64,000 nucleotides of DNA from positions 87,792,001 to 87,856,000 of the forward strand of contig NC_043000.1 in NCBI RefSeq assembly GCF_006345805.1, written 5' to 3'. Under the pieces are notes generated by a model that ran no database searches, was not told where the DNA came from, and saw only the letters and a program-made list of their open reading frames with translations. Below are positions 49,634-63,000 of the stretch, piece after piece; the stretch's first letter is position 1; each line of letters starts with the position of its first letter. Source of the stretch: Octopus sinensis. Its lineage: Eukaryota. The translations under genes and the position numbers were made by a program.

Positions 49634-50010
49634 AGGCGCAGGAGTGGCTGTGTGGTAAGTAGGTTGCTTACCAACCACATGGTTCCAGGTTCAGTCCCAC
49701 TGCGTGGCACCTTTGGCAGGTGTCTTCTACTATAGCCTCGGGCCGACCAAAGCCTTGTGAGTGGATTAGGTAGATGGAAACTGAAAGAAGCCCATCGTAT
49801 ATATGTATATATATATATGTGCATGTGTGTTTGTGTGTCTGTGTTTGTCCCCCTAGCATTGCTTGAAAACCGATGCTGGTGTGTTTATGTCCCTGTCACT
49901 TAGCGGTTCGACAAAAGAGACCAATAGAATAAGTACTGGGCTTACTAAGAATAAGTCCCAGAGTCGAGTTGCTCGATTAAAGGTGGTGCTCCAGCATGGC
50001 CACAGTAAAA
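49634..50010 (+). mobile_element. SINE family A nested in an older SINE A
   Basis: Starts at ctactaTA|ggcgcagg; the older copy resumes at ~50014 (tatagctccagg...). Confidence 0.85.
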
Positions 50011-50814
50011 GAGTATAGCTCCAGGCTGGCCAATGCCTTGTGTGTAGATTTGTGAGACAGAAACTGAAAGAAGCCTGCTCTGTGTGTGTGTGTGTGTAAT
50101 TCACTTAGGCATTGCAAGGCTAATAACCTGGTGTAGAACTCAATATACATATGGTTCAGAACAAAGTGTTAGATGAGTATAGAACAATAATAAGAAAAAT
50201 AGATGGCACAGGACAAACAATAGTTATGTCATGAACTTCGTTAGCTTACAGTTGCTGAGTGTCACTTTCATATAAGCAGCACCATTCATTTCCGATATTC
50301 TGTGGAAATATGGAGAAATATTACCATATTTGGAAACAGGCAAGGGTTGGCAACAGGAAGAGCATCCAGCTGTGGAAAATCATCTTTCCATGCTTGCATG
50401 GGCCAAGTGCAAGGGTCGAAAAATGATGTGAAAATAATGATGATTCATTTTAGCAAAATGCATAGGCACAAGAAATTTGATAAAATTTTCTTGTGTCTAG
50501 GAAGAGTCATCATGCCAATATAATTAACAAATGCACTAGTTCAATGAGTGGAATTGAACCAGTGTGCGTGTTAATTATATTGGTAAGATGACTCTCCCTA
50601 GACACAACAAAATTTGTTTCAACACCCAAATTCACATAAAGAATATTGCAAACCAGATGCCAAAACAGAATTTGATAACAGTTGAATCATAATTATTGTA
50701 TGTATGCCAAATGTTCTTCTATTACCTATACTACGAACAATACACTCTCAAAAGTTATCCATCATATGATGAGTAACACTCTAATATATACATACATATG
50801 GTGGAAGAATATGT

Positions 50815-51213
50815 ATATCATCATCATTTAGCATCTGCTTTCTATGTTGACATGGATTAGATGGTTTGACTGGAACTGGTAAACCAGAGAGCTGAGCCAG
50901 GTCCCAGTCTGATTTGGCATGGTTTCTATGGCTGGATGCCCTTCCTAATACCAACCACTCCAAGAGTGTATTAGGTGGTTTTTACATGCCACTGGCATGG
51001 GTGCTTTTATGTGCCAGTAACATGACACTGTCATTAGCCACAGCTATGATTTCACTCAGCTCAATCAATCTTCTCAAGTATAGCATATTGCCAAGGTCTC
51101 AGTCAAGTTTCCGTCACTTGTCATTGCCTCTGTGAGGCCCAAAGTTCAAAGATCATTCTTCACCACCTTGTCCTGTGTCTTCCTGGGTCCACCTCTTCCA
51201 CAGGTTCCCTCCA
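50815..51213 (-). mobile_element. RTE 3' end fragment (family 1)
   Basis: EGTCGRGGPRKTQDKVVKNDL and the same 3' UTR tail. Confidence 0.8.
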
Positions 51214-51475
51214 TATGTAGGAAACAAAGGAAATATAGATGGATTGGACACACACTGCGGGAAGAACCCTCAAATGTGACACGACAAGCACTTGACTGGA
51301 ACCTGCAGGGGAAAAGGAAGCGAGGATGTCTGAAGCAGACATGGAAGTGGAGCATTTTGGATGAGCTCAGGACCATCAGCCTGACATGGGAAGCAGCCAA
51401 GAAACACCCCAATGACCGCAAAGTGAAAAACACTGTTGAGGCCCGATGCTCCACAAGGGGCAAAAAGGATTAAGA
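51214..51475 (+). mobile_element. 3' end of a second RTE-type LINE family
   Basis: RKYRWIGHTLREEPSNVTRQALDWNLQGKRKRGCLKQTW...STRGKKD* is an RTE C-terminus distinct from family 1. Confidence 0.8.
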
Positions 51476-51490
51476 AGATATATATATATA

Positions 51491-51905
51491 GGCGCAGGAG
51501 TGGCTGTGTGGTATGTAGCTTGCTAACCAACCACATGGTTCCGGGTTCAGTCTCACTGCGTGGCATCTTGGGCAAGTGTCTTCTGCTATAGCCCCGGGCT
51601 GACCAATGCCTTGTGAGTGGATTTGGTAGACGGAAACTGAAAGAAGCCCGTCGTATATATGTATGTATGTATATATATATATATATATATATGTGTGTTT
51701 GTGTCTGTGTTTGTCCCCCTAGCATTGCTTGACAACCGATGCTGGTGTGTTTACGTCCCCGTCACTTAGCGGTTCGGCAAAAGGGGCCGATTGAATAAGT
51801 ACTGGGCTTACAAAGAATAAGTCCCGGGGTCGATTTGCTCGACTAAAGGCGGTGCTGCAGCATGGCCGCAGACAAATGACCAGAACAAGTAAAAGAGTAA
51901 AAGAG
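51491..51905 (+). mobile_element. SINE family A
   Basis: Near-consensus full copy after (TA)n. Confidence 0.9.
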
Positions 51906-53432
51906 TATATAAATTATGAGAGAGATTATGCAACAGTCTAAGGCATAAATGTATCCATAGGCATTACTGGTGTATTACCTCACTATGTATAGGCCTTACT
52001 ATAAGGTTAACAGTAGTTGGTAATTTAAATGATAAAACCATAAAACTGTGGTTTAATATATTCAGATAAGAAAAGAAATGGAGCAACGATTAACAATGAG
52101 AAGTTGATTATTGGTATTAAAAGGCCATTGTTTAATTGTAGTTCAAGAACATTTACAGCCCTTTCAGTTTGTTAATTCAAAATAAATTTGCATTAATCTC
52201 GTTCCATTTAACAAACATCATCAGAATGATTTAGAGGAATACAGTAGTAGAAAAAAGGGGAATGAAAAGAAATTGGGAAAAAAGGAAAACAGGAAAAAGT
52301 CTATTAAGTTTTTAGGCTTACATTTTTGTGACTTTTTAGGTTCCACGTGTGTGTACATTTCTTCAATTAGATGAATGGAGCAATTTTTATATATGGCACA
52401 TGGCTTAGTGGTTAGTGTATTTGACACTTATGATCATAGGGCTGTGAGTTCGATTTCTGGCTGAGCATTATGTCCTTGGGCAAAACACTTTACTTCAAGT
52501 TGCTCCAGTCCACTCAGCTGGAAAAAGTGAGCTGTACCTTTGATTCAAAGGACCAACCTTGTCACATTCTGTCACAATGAATCTTCTTGAGAACTACATT
52601 AAGGGTACATGTAACTGAGCAGTGCTCAAATACTTGCACATTATTTCATAAGCAGGCTGTTCCATTGATCAAAGCATATGAAACCTTTGTCATCATAATT
52701 GATAGTGCCAGTTTTTCATATATATCACCGTCATGATCATCATCATTGTTTAACATCTGTCTTCCATGCATGCATGGGTAGGATGGTTGACAGGAGCTGA
52801 CCAGGTAGAAGATTACCCCAGTCAATTGTGTTTGTTTTGGCATCGTCTTTATAGCTGGATGCAGTTACTAACACCAACCACTCCACACAATGGACTGAGT
52901 GCTTTTTATGTGGTACCAGCACAAGCAAGGTCAGTCTTGACAGAATTTTTGCAGCTGGATGTCCTTTCAAATGCCAACCACTTTACAGTGTGGACTGGAT
53001 GCTTTTTATATGGTACTAGCAGGGTCACCAAGTAACTTGGAAAACAAGGAATTTTGAGAGGGAAGAGGGCACTGGAGCAGGAGATCTTGTGTCACACGAT
53101 GAAAAGTTAGTGTGATAGAGAGACAGAGAATCAGAGACAGGTGTCTTGTAATAGAGGAGGCACATGGTTACCCAGCAAGAGAGATAGAGAGAGAAGTACA
53201 AGAAAGAGGGCAGAAACAGGTGATGATGGAGGACAAATGCAAACACAAAGTCACATGCACATAGATATATACAATGGTCTTTTTTCAATCTCTGTCTACC
53301 AAATTCACTCACGAGGCTTTGGTTGGCCTGAGGCTATAGTAGAAGGCACTTGCCCAAGATGCCATGCAGTGGGACTAAACCTGGAACCATGTGGTTGGGA
53401 AGCAAGCTTCTTACCACATAGCCATGCATGTG

Positions 53433-53484
<52 letters not shown>

Positions 53485-53492
53485 TATATATA

Positions 53493-54451
53493 TCAGATTG
53501 AGTAAAAAGCAAGCAATGTTTTGAACCCTAAAGAATTTGTACTGAACTTTTGCAGAGTTTTAAATTTTTTCTTAAACATTTTATTGATATTGTCTGATAA
53601 TACAGACAAAGACTTGCCCAAATGCATCAATAAATTACCTTGATAGTTTTTCACTATTGTTACAATCATCTGAAATGGAACTATCAAAGCATGTTATTCG
53701 AGCAATTTTGCTATTCAACGTCAGAAAAGGATGTAAAGCAGGTGAAACTGATCATGATATCAACAAAACATTTGGTGTGGAAATGACCAGTGAGTGGTCA
53801 GCTTGAAAATGGTTTTAATGATTTCGCATTAGAGACCTGAGCCTTGAAGATCATGACCATAGTGGATGCCCATGTCATTGATGATGGCCAGTTAGAGATC
53901 ATCATTGAGAAAGATCCAGATAAAATCACTTGAGAACTGGCGGAACTTCAAGTCAACCAGAAAACTGCCTGCAAGCAATCGGGAAATCAAAACAGCTCAA
54001 CAAATGGGTAAAAAATGAATAAAAAAAGTGCTACTCCTGCATCCAAGACTGGAAACAGAAGGGGGCCAATCATTCTTCATGACAATGCTCAACCACACAT
54101 TTCACTAATGATGCTCCAGAAGTTGAGAGAACTTGGCTAAGTAGTTCTTCCCCACCCAGCTTATTCCCCAGGCCTTTCTCTGACCGACTACCACTTTTTT
54201 AAGCACCTTGATGGTTTCCTGTGAGATAAGAAGTTCAAAAATCAAACGGATACTGAAAGTACATTCAAAGGGTTCATCTGCTCCAGAACTCCAGATATTT
54301 ATGTTACAAGAATAAAGAAACTTGTAACCCATTGGCAAAAATGTGTTGATTATAATGGTAATTACTTCAATGAATAAAATTCCCACACTGTTGAAATATA
54401 TTGTGATGAATTTCATGTTTCAAAACATTGTTTACTTTTTACTCAGCCTGA
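53493..54451 (+). mobile_element. Decayed, internally deleted cecropia/Hsmar1-like mariner
   Basis: TA|tcagattgagtaaaaagcaagcaatgttt ... aaacattgtttactttttactcagcctga|TA; broken frames KHVIRAILLF...SLEDHDHSGCP and HDNAQPH...HPAYSPGLSLTDYHFFKHL. Confidence 0.9.
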
Positions 54452-55542
54452 TAAATATATATATATGGTGGCATGTAAAAAGCACCATTCAAGTGTGATC
54501 GTTACCTGCGTTGCCTTACTGGCACGTGAAAAAACATTTGAGTGAGGTCATTGTCAGTGCCGCTTGACTGGCTCCTGTGCAGGTGGCACATAAAAAGCAC
54601 CATTTGAGGGTGGTCGTTGCCAGTGCTGCCTGACAGGTCCTCATGCCGGTGGAACGTAATAGCACCCACTACACTCTTGGAGTGGTTGGCATTAGGAAGG
54701 GCATCCAGCTGTAGAAACTCTGCCAGATCAGATTGGAGTCTGGTGCAGCCATCTGGTTCGCCAGTACTCTGTCAAATCGTCCAACCCATGCTAGCAAGGA
54801 AAGCGGACGTTAAACGATGATGATGATGATGATATATATATACACACACATATATTATCTTCTATCAACTAATTCCACTCAAGGCACTGGTCAAGCCAAA
54901 GCCATAAAACAAAATAACTTGCTCAGTGTGTCACTTAGAAGGAACCAGCCTGGAATCACATGCTTGTGAAGAAAACCTCTTAACCACATAGCCATGCTTT
55001 AACTAATCCCCTCCATATGAATTCAAATGATAGCGGGCGAAACGTATACAACACTAAAACTAGCTTAATCAAACATGAACGTGCGGTAAAGTAACAAAGA
55101 TAATAAAAACCACAAAAATTATTACAAAGTAGCAAGAAATAATAAAAGTACAGGCTTAACATTTCTTTTACAGTTTTTCTTACAAAAGTAAAACACAAAA
55201 CACATACAGTTTGCAAATGATTTTGCTATCAAGTTGTATTTCCATTTGACTGAATGCAAGATAGACATATTGGCAGGTGTCATTTAAGATAGAGAGATCT
55301 AGATGTTTTTGCTTTTTATATTTATTTCTTAATGTATTTTAATCTCCATAAATAAATGAAATAAATAAAACGTACACTGAATGCTGTGTTCCAACCTGGC
55401 TTTAGCCATGATGGCTAATACAAGATAAAGAATAAAGAACTGCTTTAATATGAATTTGACGTCTTTTTTAACCAAGTCTATATACTTAAATGCATGCATG
55501 AAATAATGGGCCAACCTTCTTGTTCTTGTTGTTCTTATTATT

Positions 55543-56140
55543 ATTAAGGTGGCAAGCTGGCAGAATCATTAGCATGCCAGGTAAAGTGCTTAACAGTATT
55601 TTGTTCATCTTTATGTTCCGAGTTCAAATTCTGCCAAAGTTGACTTTGTTTTTCATCCTTTTTTGGGGTCGATAAATCAAGTACCAGTGAAACACTGGTA
55701 TCAATCTAATTGACCAGTCCCCTTCCTGAAAATTTCAGGCCTTGTGCCTTTAGTAGAAAGAATTACTATTATTATTGTTATTAAGCTGACGAACTGGCAG
55801 AGTATTTAGTACACCAGATGAAACGATTAGCAGTGTTTTATATTTTTACACTCTGAGTTCAAATTTCAGCAAGGTCAACTTTTCCATTCCTCCTTCTGGG
55901 GCTGAAGAAATAAATACCAGTTATGGACTGGGGTCTATGAATTTACAGTGCTCTCCTCCAAATTTCAGGCCTTGTGCCTATAGTAAGAAGGACTATTATT
56001 GTTATTAAGATGTCAAGTTACAGAATTGTTATAGAATTGCAAAAATGCTTTGCAACATTTCTTTTGGGTTTTTACTATCTGAGTTCACATCCTACCGGGG
56101 TTAACTCCACCTTTCATATTTCTTGGGTAGACAAAATATT
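55543..56140 (+). mobile_element. Three tandem SINE B copies separated by (ATT)n
   Basis: Heads at ~55545, 55785 and 56006, each preceded by tattatt(g)tt(a)ttaag. Confidence 0.75.
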
Positions 56141-56933
56141 TACAATTCAAAAAAAATTTTTTTTTTACCAAAAAAGGCTCCTCCCATGGTTTTTAATTTA
56201 AAAAAGAAAATGGCCCCAAATCGGTCCAGATAGTTATTATTGTAAGGTTTATAGCATTCCAAATAGCCATAACAACAAAATCACTTCTTAATTTTTGTTA
56301 CAAAAATTATGCTAGTGTATTAAAAAATTTTCATTCAGCAAATAATGTTTTTACATTACATATATATTAATAGAATAAACTGTTGGTTTTCCAAATAGCA
56401 AATTAAAAATTGAAATGCAAGCATCGAAACAGAGAGTGTGAGACTTCGCAAATGAAAATGGAATACTCAACAATGAATGCAACAAATATTTAAATTTGAA
56501 AAATTGGAGTCCAAAAATCCAATAAAGTTCAGAAACTGAAATTATAGGAAATTTCTTGGAACATGAATTTATGAAAAAATTTCCAGATGGTCAAGTCTTT
56601 AATAATTGCTTTCTTTCAATACTTTTAGGAACTGTTATATACTTAGTTAATAAGCAGCCTTCTTCATTATAATATAGTTAACAGAAAATGTGTTATTACT
56701 TTTTTTGTAGCAGTCGCATGTAATTTCACCAATATTTTATTATTTGTAGAAAGTCAAACAACTGTTAAAAGTTCATTCATCAGTTTTTGCTATTGTTAAT
56801 TTTATTTGAAATCTCTCTTCAACATGATTTATTAAATATAATAAATGTCTTATCATTCTGTTTTCTATCTCCAACAACTTTGTTCCTGTTTTTACATATA
56901 ACTGAATATTTATTTTTTATTATAGTAGGCATA

Positions 56934-56967
<34 letters not shown>

Positions 56968-57012
56968 TACTAATAATGATGATAATGATGATGATAATAA
57001 CAATAATAATAA

Positions 57013-57186
57013 TTTCTGCTATAAGCACAAGGCCTGAAATTTCGAGGGAGGGTACTTAATTTATTGACCCTGAAAGGAGGAAAGGCAAAGCAACCTTTTG
57101 GAATTTGAATTCAGAATGTAAAGACAGATAAAATACTGCAAAGCATTTTGCCCGGCGTGCTAACGACTCTGCCAGCTCACCGCCTT
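57013..57186 (-). mobile_element. SINE family B (internally deleted), within (AAT)n
   Basis: Reverse-complement head aaggcggtgagctggcagag; flanked by AAT repeats. Confidence 0.8.
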
Positions 57187-57197
57187 ATAATAATAAT

Positions 57198-58498
57198 GTT
57201 TTGCAAGTGCTACTAGTTGAGAACTCTGCATAATGGAAGCCAGCAAGTGTATGGGGTCATCAGGAGAGAATGTGTGCCGTTTTGGGGCCTACCTCTTGAC
57301 GGCATCAATGTGCACTGGCCCCCACCTCACTGATATGAGGCCTCGCTTGCTAGATCAACTGGTTATCAAATAAAGCTCAGTATTCTTCTAACCATCGCTC
57401 ATCATCTCTTTTTAACCAAATCCAGTGGTTAGCCTTTTCCACTATAGTTTAAATATCGGTCATGGTGGTATTTACTTTACAGTGAGTTAGGCCTAACGAT
57501 AACAAGTCATCTCACACTGTGTCCAACAAACCCTCTACATCTGACTTAGATTGGAAAATGCTCCGCTTTCCAGCTTGTGTCTTCACATTCCTTGAGGAGG
57601 TTTACATAATGGTTAACCTTTCGAGCCCGAGCAGCATCCATGTTATTTTCATGAGGAACCATGAACTCGACTAGATTCACAACTTTCTTTGCTTCACACC
57701 ATATTAAAATGACTGTTGGGATGGGAAGGAGTCCCTGGCACCCTGGTAAATCTGCAGTCACCTCCCAAAAGCAGTGCTACTTTTCATCGCTCGCAGGATG
57801 TTTGTTGTTGTTCTTCTTGAAACGGATCCACTGTCCTGAGCACATGAAGGTAATGAAATCTCCAGTTGGTATTTTCAATGGTTTTTTTTCACTGTTGTTA
57901 AGATCAATTTGATTCTTTATAGCATCAAAGATAACCTTAAGGACCAGGTTGTGTCTCCATGTTCAATGCTAGCGAACAGTTGGAAAGAATATGTTTCAGT
58001 GTTCCGACCTTACTGCATTTGCATATATCATTCTCTGAAATGTTCCATCTTACTAAATTTGCAGGTGATGGCAAAACATTATAGGATGAACAAATCAGAA
58101 AACTTAGTCGAGATATGGTTCACCCCCATATCTCATCCCAACTTATTTTCCTCTCAACAACATGTTCCTCCCATCTCGTCATCTGTCCTTGTTGAATACA
58201 TTGGATCAAATGAAGCTCTCTTCTCTCTGCTTCCTTCATTTTGATACTATGATTAACAACAGATCGGTGCTCACTCCGCATCATACTTGCAAATGGTCTG
58301 AACTGATCTGCGCCAAAACCAAGTCCTTTCTGATGATTTTGTGTTGCACCCACCATATCTCAGTGTGTAAGAGAAGATAAGACGCCATCAGTCTCTGCTT
58401 CTGCTTTCCACTTCCTGGCTGTTTTCACCTCTGGTGGATTATGCATGATATCCACGTCCGTCGATTCTCTCAGCATCATCACCATTTGTACCTTCCCC
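57198..58498 (-). mobile_element. 5'-truncated, decayed HERO-like RLE non-LTR retrotransposon
   Basis: Broken frames VKTARKWKAEAE, GATQNHQKGLGFG, ERKISWDEIW, TWRHNLVL, VNLVEFMVPHENNMDAARARK...FPI*VRCRGF, EKANHWIWLKR; the 3' end abuts (ATT)n. Confidence 0.8.
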
Positions 58499-58994
58499 AG
58501 TTATTATGTACATGCTTTGTCTTGGTGTAAAAGATGGGCTACAGCAAATATTCTGCTCAACACTGCAAATCTGCTTGTCAGTTGTTTGACCTTCACCAAT
58601 TAGGCATGTCCCTTGGTGCCTGGCGATATGTGCATCTCTGATCATGAGCAGAAATAGTGGGAAATCATCATAGCTATGTGTAGAGAGGAATTCTTTGGGG
58701 TTTGAATAATTCATCTCTGGAAGCATGAGTGTTTCATTCAACATCATTAAACAACCCTTATTCAGGGACCTTTTAAATTGGATGGGCTGCTTGACCTGAA
58801 GAAAATTCTAACTGGGCCCCACCTGCAAGGTCATGCACTGTTTATTTTGATATAAGATTACCATGTTGCACACATATGGTTGTGATGCATGTGCCTTGTG
58901 TACCCTTATCAGACAGGTAGTTATGATGTCTATATTGGGCTTCATACATTTGTACTCTAGTGCCGCTGCTTTGATGACGTGTACTGCTCTCTCA
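58499..58994 (-). repeat. Unclassified ~0.5-kb repeat X, copy 1
   Basis: Collinear with 59171-59610; its minus-strand 5' end follows (TTA)n; no tRNA-like head. Confidence 0.85.
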
Positions 58995-59128
58995 AATAAT
59001 AATAATATAATAATAATAATAATAATAATATAATAATAATAATAATAATAATAATGGCTTCAAATTTTGGCACAAAATACCACTACACATTTAGTCTGAT
59101 ATGTTAATGATTCTTCCAGCTTGCTGCC

Positions 59129-59170
<42 letters not shown>

Positions 59171-59610
59171 GCTCAATACCACAGATTTGCTTGTCAGTTG
59201 TTTGACCATAACCAGTTGAGCATGTCCCTTAGTGGCTGACGATATGTGCATCTCTGATCACGAGCAGAAGTAGTGGGGGAGCATCATAGCCATGTGTTGA
59301 GAGGGATTCTTTGGGGTTTGAATAATTCACCTCTGGAAACATGGGTGGTTCTTTCAACATCCTTAAACAACCCTTATTCAGGGACCGTTTGAGCGGGATG
59401 GGCTACTCAACCTGAAGAAAATTCTAACTGGGCCCCACCTGCAAGGTCATGTGCTGTTTATCTTGATATGAGATCACCATGTCGCGCACATATGGTTGTG
59501 ATGCATGTGCCTGGTGTGCCCTTATCAGACGGGTAGTCATGATGGGTATATTGGGCTTCGTATATTTTACCCCAGTGTCACTTTGATGGCATGAACTGCT
59601 CTCTCACTCA
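59171..59610 (-). repeat. Unclassified repeat X, copy 2
   Basis: Flanked on both sides by (AAT)n arrays (59131-59170 and 59610-59661). Confidence 0.85.
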
Positions 59611-60016
59611 ATAATAATAATAATAACAATAATAATAATAATAACAATAATAATAATAATGCTGATAATCTATCTATCTATCTACACACACACACACTCA
59701 AAGAATTCAACCAACACAAACCTCACCTCGGCTCTATTGTTAACCAAATATGAAAGTATTATTTGACAGGCAAGAACTCTGGCGTTGAAGACAGTCAGCC
59801 AGCCAACCACCAAGCCAGCCAACGAGACAGACAGACACTACTGTGATGGTGATAATGATAAAAAAAAATAACAATAATAAGATACTCCTGTGACTACACA
59901 TAAAACAATATCATTGATGATGATGGTGGTGATGGTGGTGATGGTGATGATGATGATGATGATGGTGGTGATAATGGTGATAGTGATAATGATGGTGATG
60001 ATAATAACAATAATAA

Positions 60017-63000
60017 GCCGACTACGGCTGCTATAATGGTACGATTATAATTGTAACGGCAATGATGGTCGACTCCCCACGAGCCAATCAAAGCTAAAAA
60101 ATAACATTATCGTAGCACCAAAATGTTTTTGGAAACTAAAAGGAAAACTAAATCAGTATACCAAATCGCTTGTCCTATGGTTAATCTGGAAGCGCGTCCC
60201 TCAGGGAAGAGCCAGCCTGGGATCGAAAAGTCATCAACTGGCACAAACTCTTCTCCGAATACGGACATGGATGGTCACTTGAACGGGAAATCCCCCAAAT
60301 CGAGCCCTCCAAGTTCACCACCACAACCACCACAGAAAGAAAAATGTAAGCAGAACAAATGGACCCGAGAAGAGTATAAAGAAGTAATATACGCTTATTA
60401 CTATGCATTAGGTAGGCCATCTCAAGAGAGACACACCGCAAACTCTTACAGTATATGGAGAACACGGAATCAAGACAGTAGGCCCTATTTGGACGAGAAC
60501 AAATTAGCAAATGTGAGGAGGGATATCCTTAGAAATAACAGACTCACAGACAGTGAAATAAGCGCGATCAAGCACGCAACGGAAAATGACATAAATATAA
60601 GACACAAAGGAAATGAAGAATCAGATGAACAGTATAGCCCGCCACGAGGCTTAATTGAAAGACTGTCATCTGGCCAAAGTACGCAAAGGCATGAAGATAC
60701 AAGAAATTCTATTGTACCTGTTAAAGATAGCCAGGAAAACGAAAAAACAACAGTAACTGAAGATCCCGCATTTGCTGAAGAACACAGAGAGTCTATGGCA
60801 GAAATGAGGCAGAAAATCCTGAATACGCTTGAAGTCGTAAGACATACAAGTATGAATGATAGAGAACCACTTCATAAACTCTCAAATACAAACCAAAATA
60901 AAAAACAAATCCAAATTGGCAACTACGTAACAAATGAAATAATACGAGAATTAAAACCTGATTTTACTGAGTTAAATGAAATTATTTACGCTTCTGCTAG
61001 GGCAATTGAAACCAGCTGTATGCCCCCGAAAAAACAAAGAAAACAAAACCTGGGAAGAAATCAAACCTGGAGAAGTAAAATTGAAAAAGAGATTGAATTT
61101 ATGAGAGGGGAAATATCAATATTAAATGAACTAATATGTGTAAGATCCAGATGTAAGATCCAGAACAGGAAGAAAGATGAAGAGAAAATTTGGATCCTCA
61201 CCAAGAGAAGAACTGATATCAATAAAAGAAACGCTGAAACAAAAAGTCCAAGCAAAAGCCCAAAGAATACGAAGATTTGAGAAGAGAAACAAGTTTTACA
61301 AGCAAAATAAGCTGTTCACATCCAATGCCAAAAAATTCTACAGAGAAATAGGGAAGGAGAAAGTAACCGTTAAAGACCCCCCTCCCATGGAAGAAGTTCA
61401 AAACTTTTGGAAAAGGATTTGGAGTGACAAGAAGACGTACAACATAAATGCAGACTGGATTATACAAACTGAAGGATCCTACCAAAATTTACAACAAGCA
61501 TGGGAAGACATCACAATAGCAGACCTAAGAAAGGCACTCACGAAGGCCCATAATTGGAAATCCCCCGGTAAAGATAGGGTGCCGAATTTCTGGCTCGCAT
61601 CGCTCCCATGCGCACACAGTAAGCTAGTTCAGCTGCTCAATGAAATTATGAGAGACCCAAAGAAAACACCTGAATGGTTAGCAAGTGGCATTACTTACCT
61701 ACTCCCAAAGAATAACGAAACCAACCTTCTAAAAAACTATCGGCCTATAACCTGTCTATCCACCACATATAAAATCCTAACATCTATCCTGGTGGAGAAA
61801 ACATATGCATTCATGGAGAAGAACAATATTTTCCCCATTGAACAAAAAGGGTGCCGCCGAGGCTCTTACGGATGCAAAGATCAACTGCTAATCAATCGTA
61901 TGATCCTTGAGAACTGTCACAACAAGCGCAGAAATCTCAGCACTGCATGGATTGACTATAAAAGGGCCTTCGACAGTATACCGCATCCATGGATCTTGAG
62001 ATCGCTGGACATCTTCAAAATTTCCCCTGTGATTTCAAACTTCCTGAAGCACAATATGTCGTTGTGGAATACGAATCTCCAATTGTACCACTCTAATGGA
62101 GTACTTGCCTCAGAAAATATAAACATCAACTGTGAAATTTTTCAAGGTGACTCACTTTCACCTTTAATATTCTGTATAGCCCTAATACCCCTTACAAGTG
62201 AATTAAACAGAACAGGGTATGGGTATAAAATTGCCAATAAAAAAATAAGCCATCTATTTTATATGGATGACTTAAAAATTATGGTAAAGACAAAAATGAA
62301 CTTGAAGGCCTATTGCGCACCGTGAAAGCATTCAGCGATGACATCGGGATGGAGTTTGGACTTGAGAAGTGTGCCAAGGCCACTTTCCAGAAAGGGAAAG
62401 TGAAGACCACAAATTCAGTCATGTTAGATGTTGACACAGTCATAAGAGAGCTTGAGCAAGAACAAACATACAAATATTTAGGGATAAATGAAGGCTCTGG
62501 TATTCAGCATGCAAGCATGAAAGAGAAGATCAGGAAGGAATGTTATAGGAGAGTTTGTGCAGTCCTGAAATCTGAACTAAATGCACGTAACAAGGTGTTA
62601 GCTATAAATTCCTTAGCAGTTCCAGTTGTTACTTATAGCTACAATGTGTTGAACTGGAATATGAGTGAAGTAAAGAATATAGATAGGAAAGTACGCAAGC
62701 TGCTGAGTTGTAATAGGATGCACCACCCAAAGGCAGACGTAGATCGCCTTTACCTTCCCAGAGCCCAAGGAGGTCGAGGCCTGATCCAATTTGAACTAGC
62801 TTACAAAACAACCACAATTGGACTGGCCAAATATCTCGAAATATCGAATGACTGGATGCTAAAGCACGTGGATAATCACGAGAGACGAAAGAAGCTTCAT
62901 TCTATCATAAAGAAAAGCAAAAAATTTGCTATTGATCTCGTGCAGGATACTCAAACTGAACAACCCGAGGGAAGTACGGCAACTATTGTTGCAAAGAAGG

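Noticed and set aside
60017-60122. HDV-like ribozyme in the 5' UTR of the Dong-like element
   Set aside because: I could not build the nested P1/P2/P3/P1.1 pairing around gactccccacgagcc by hand.
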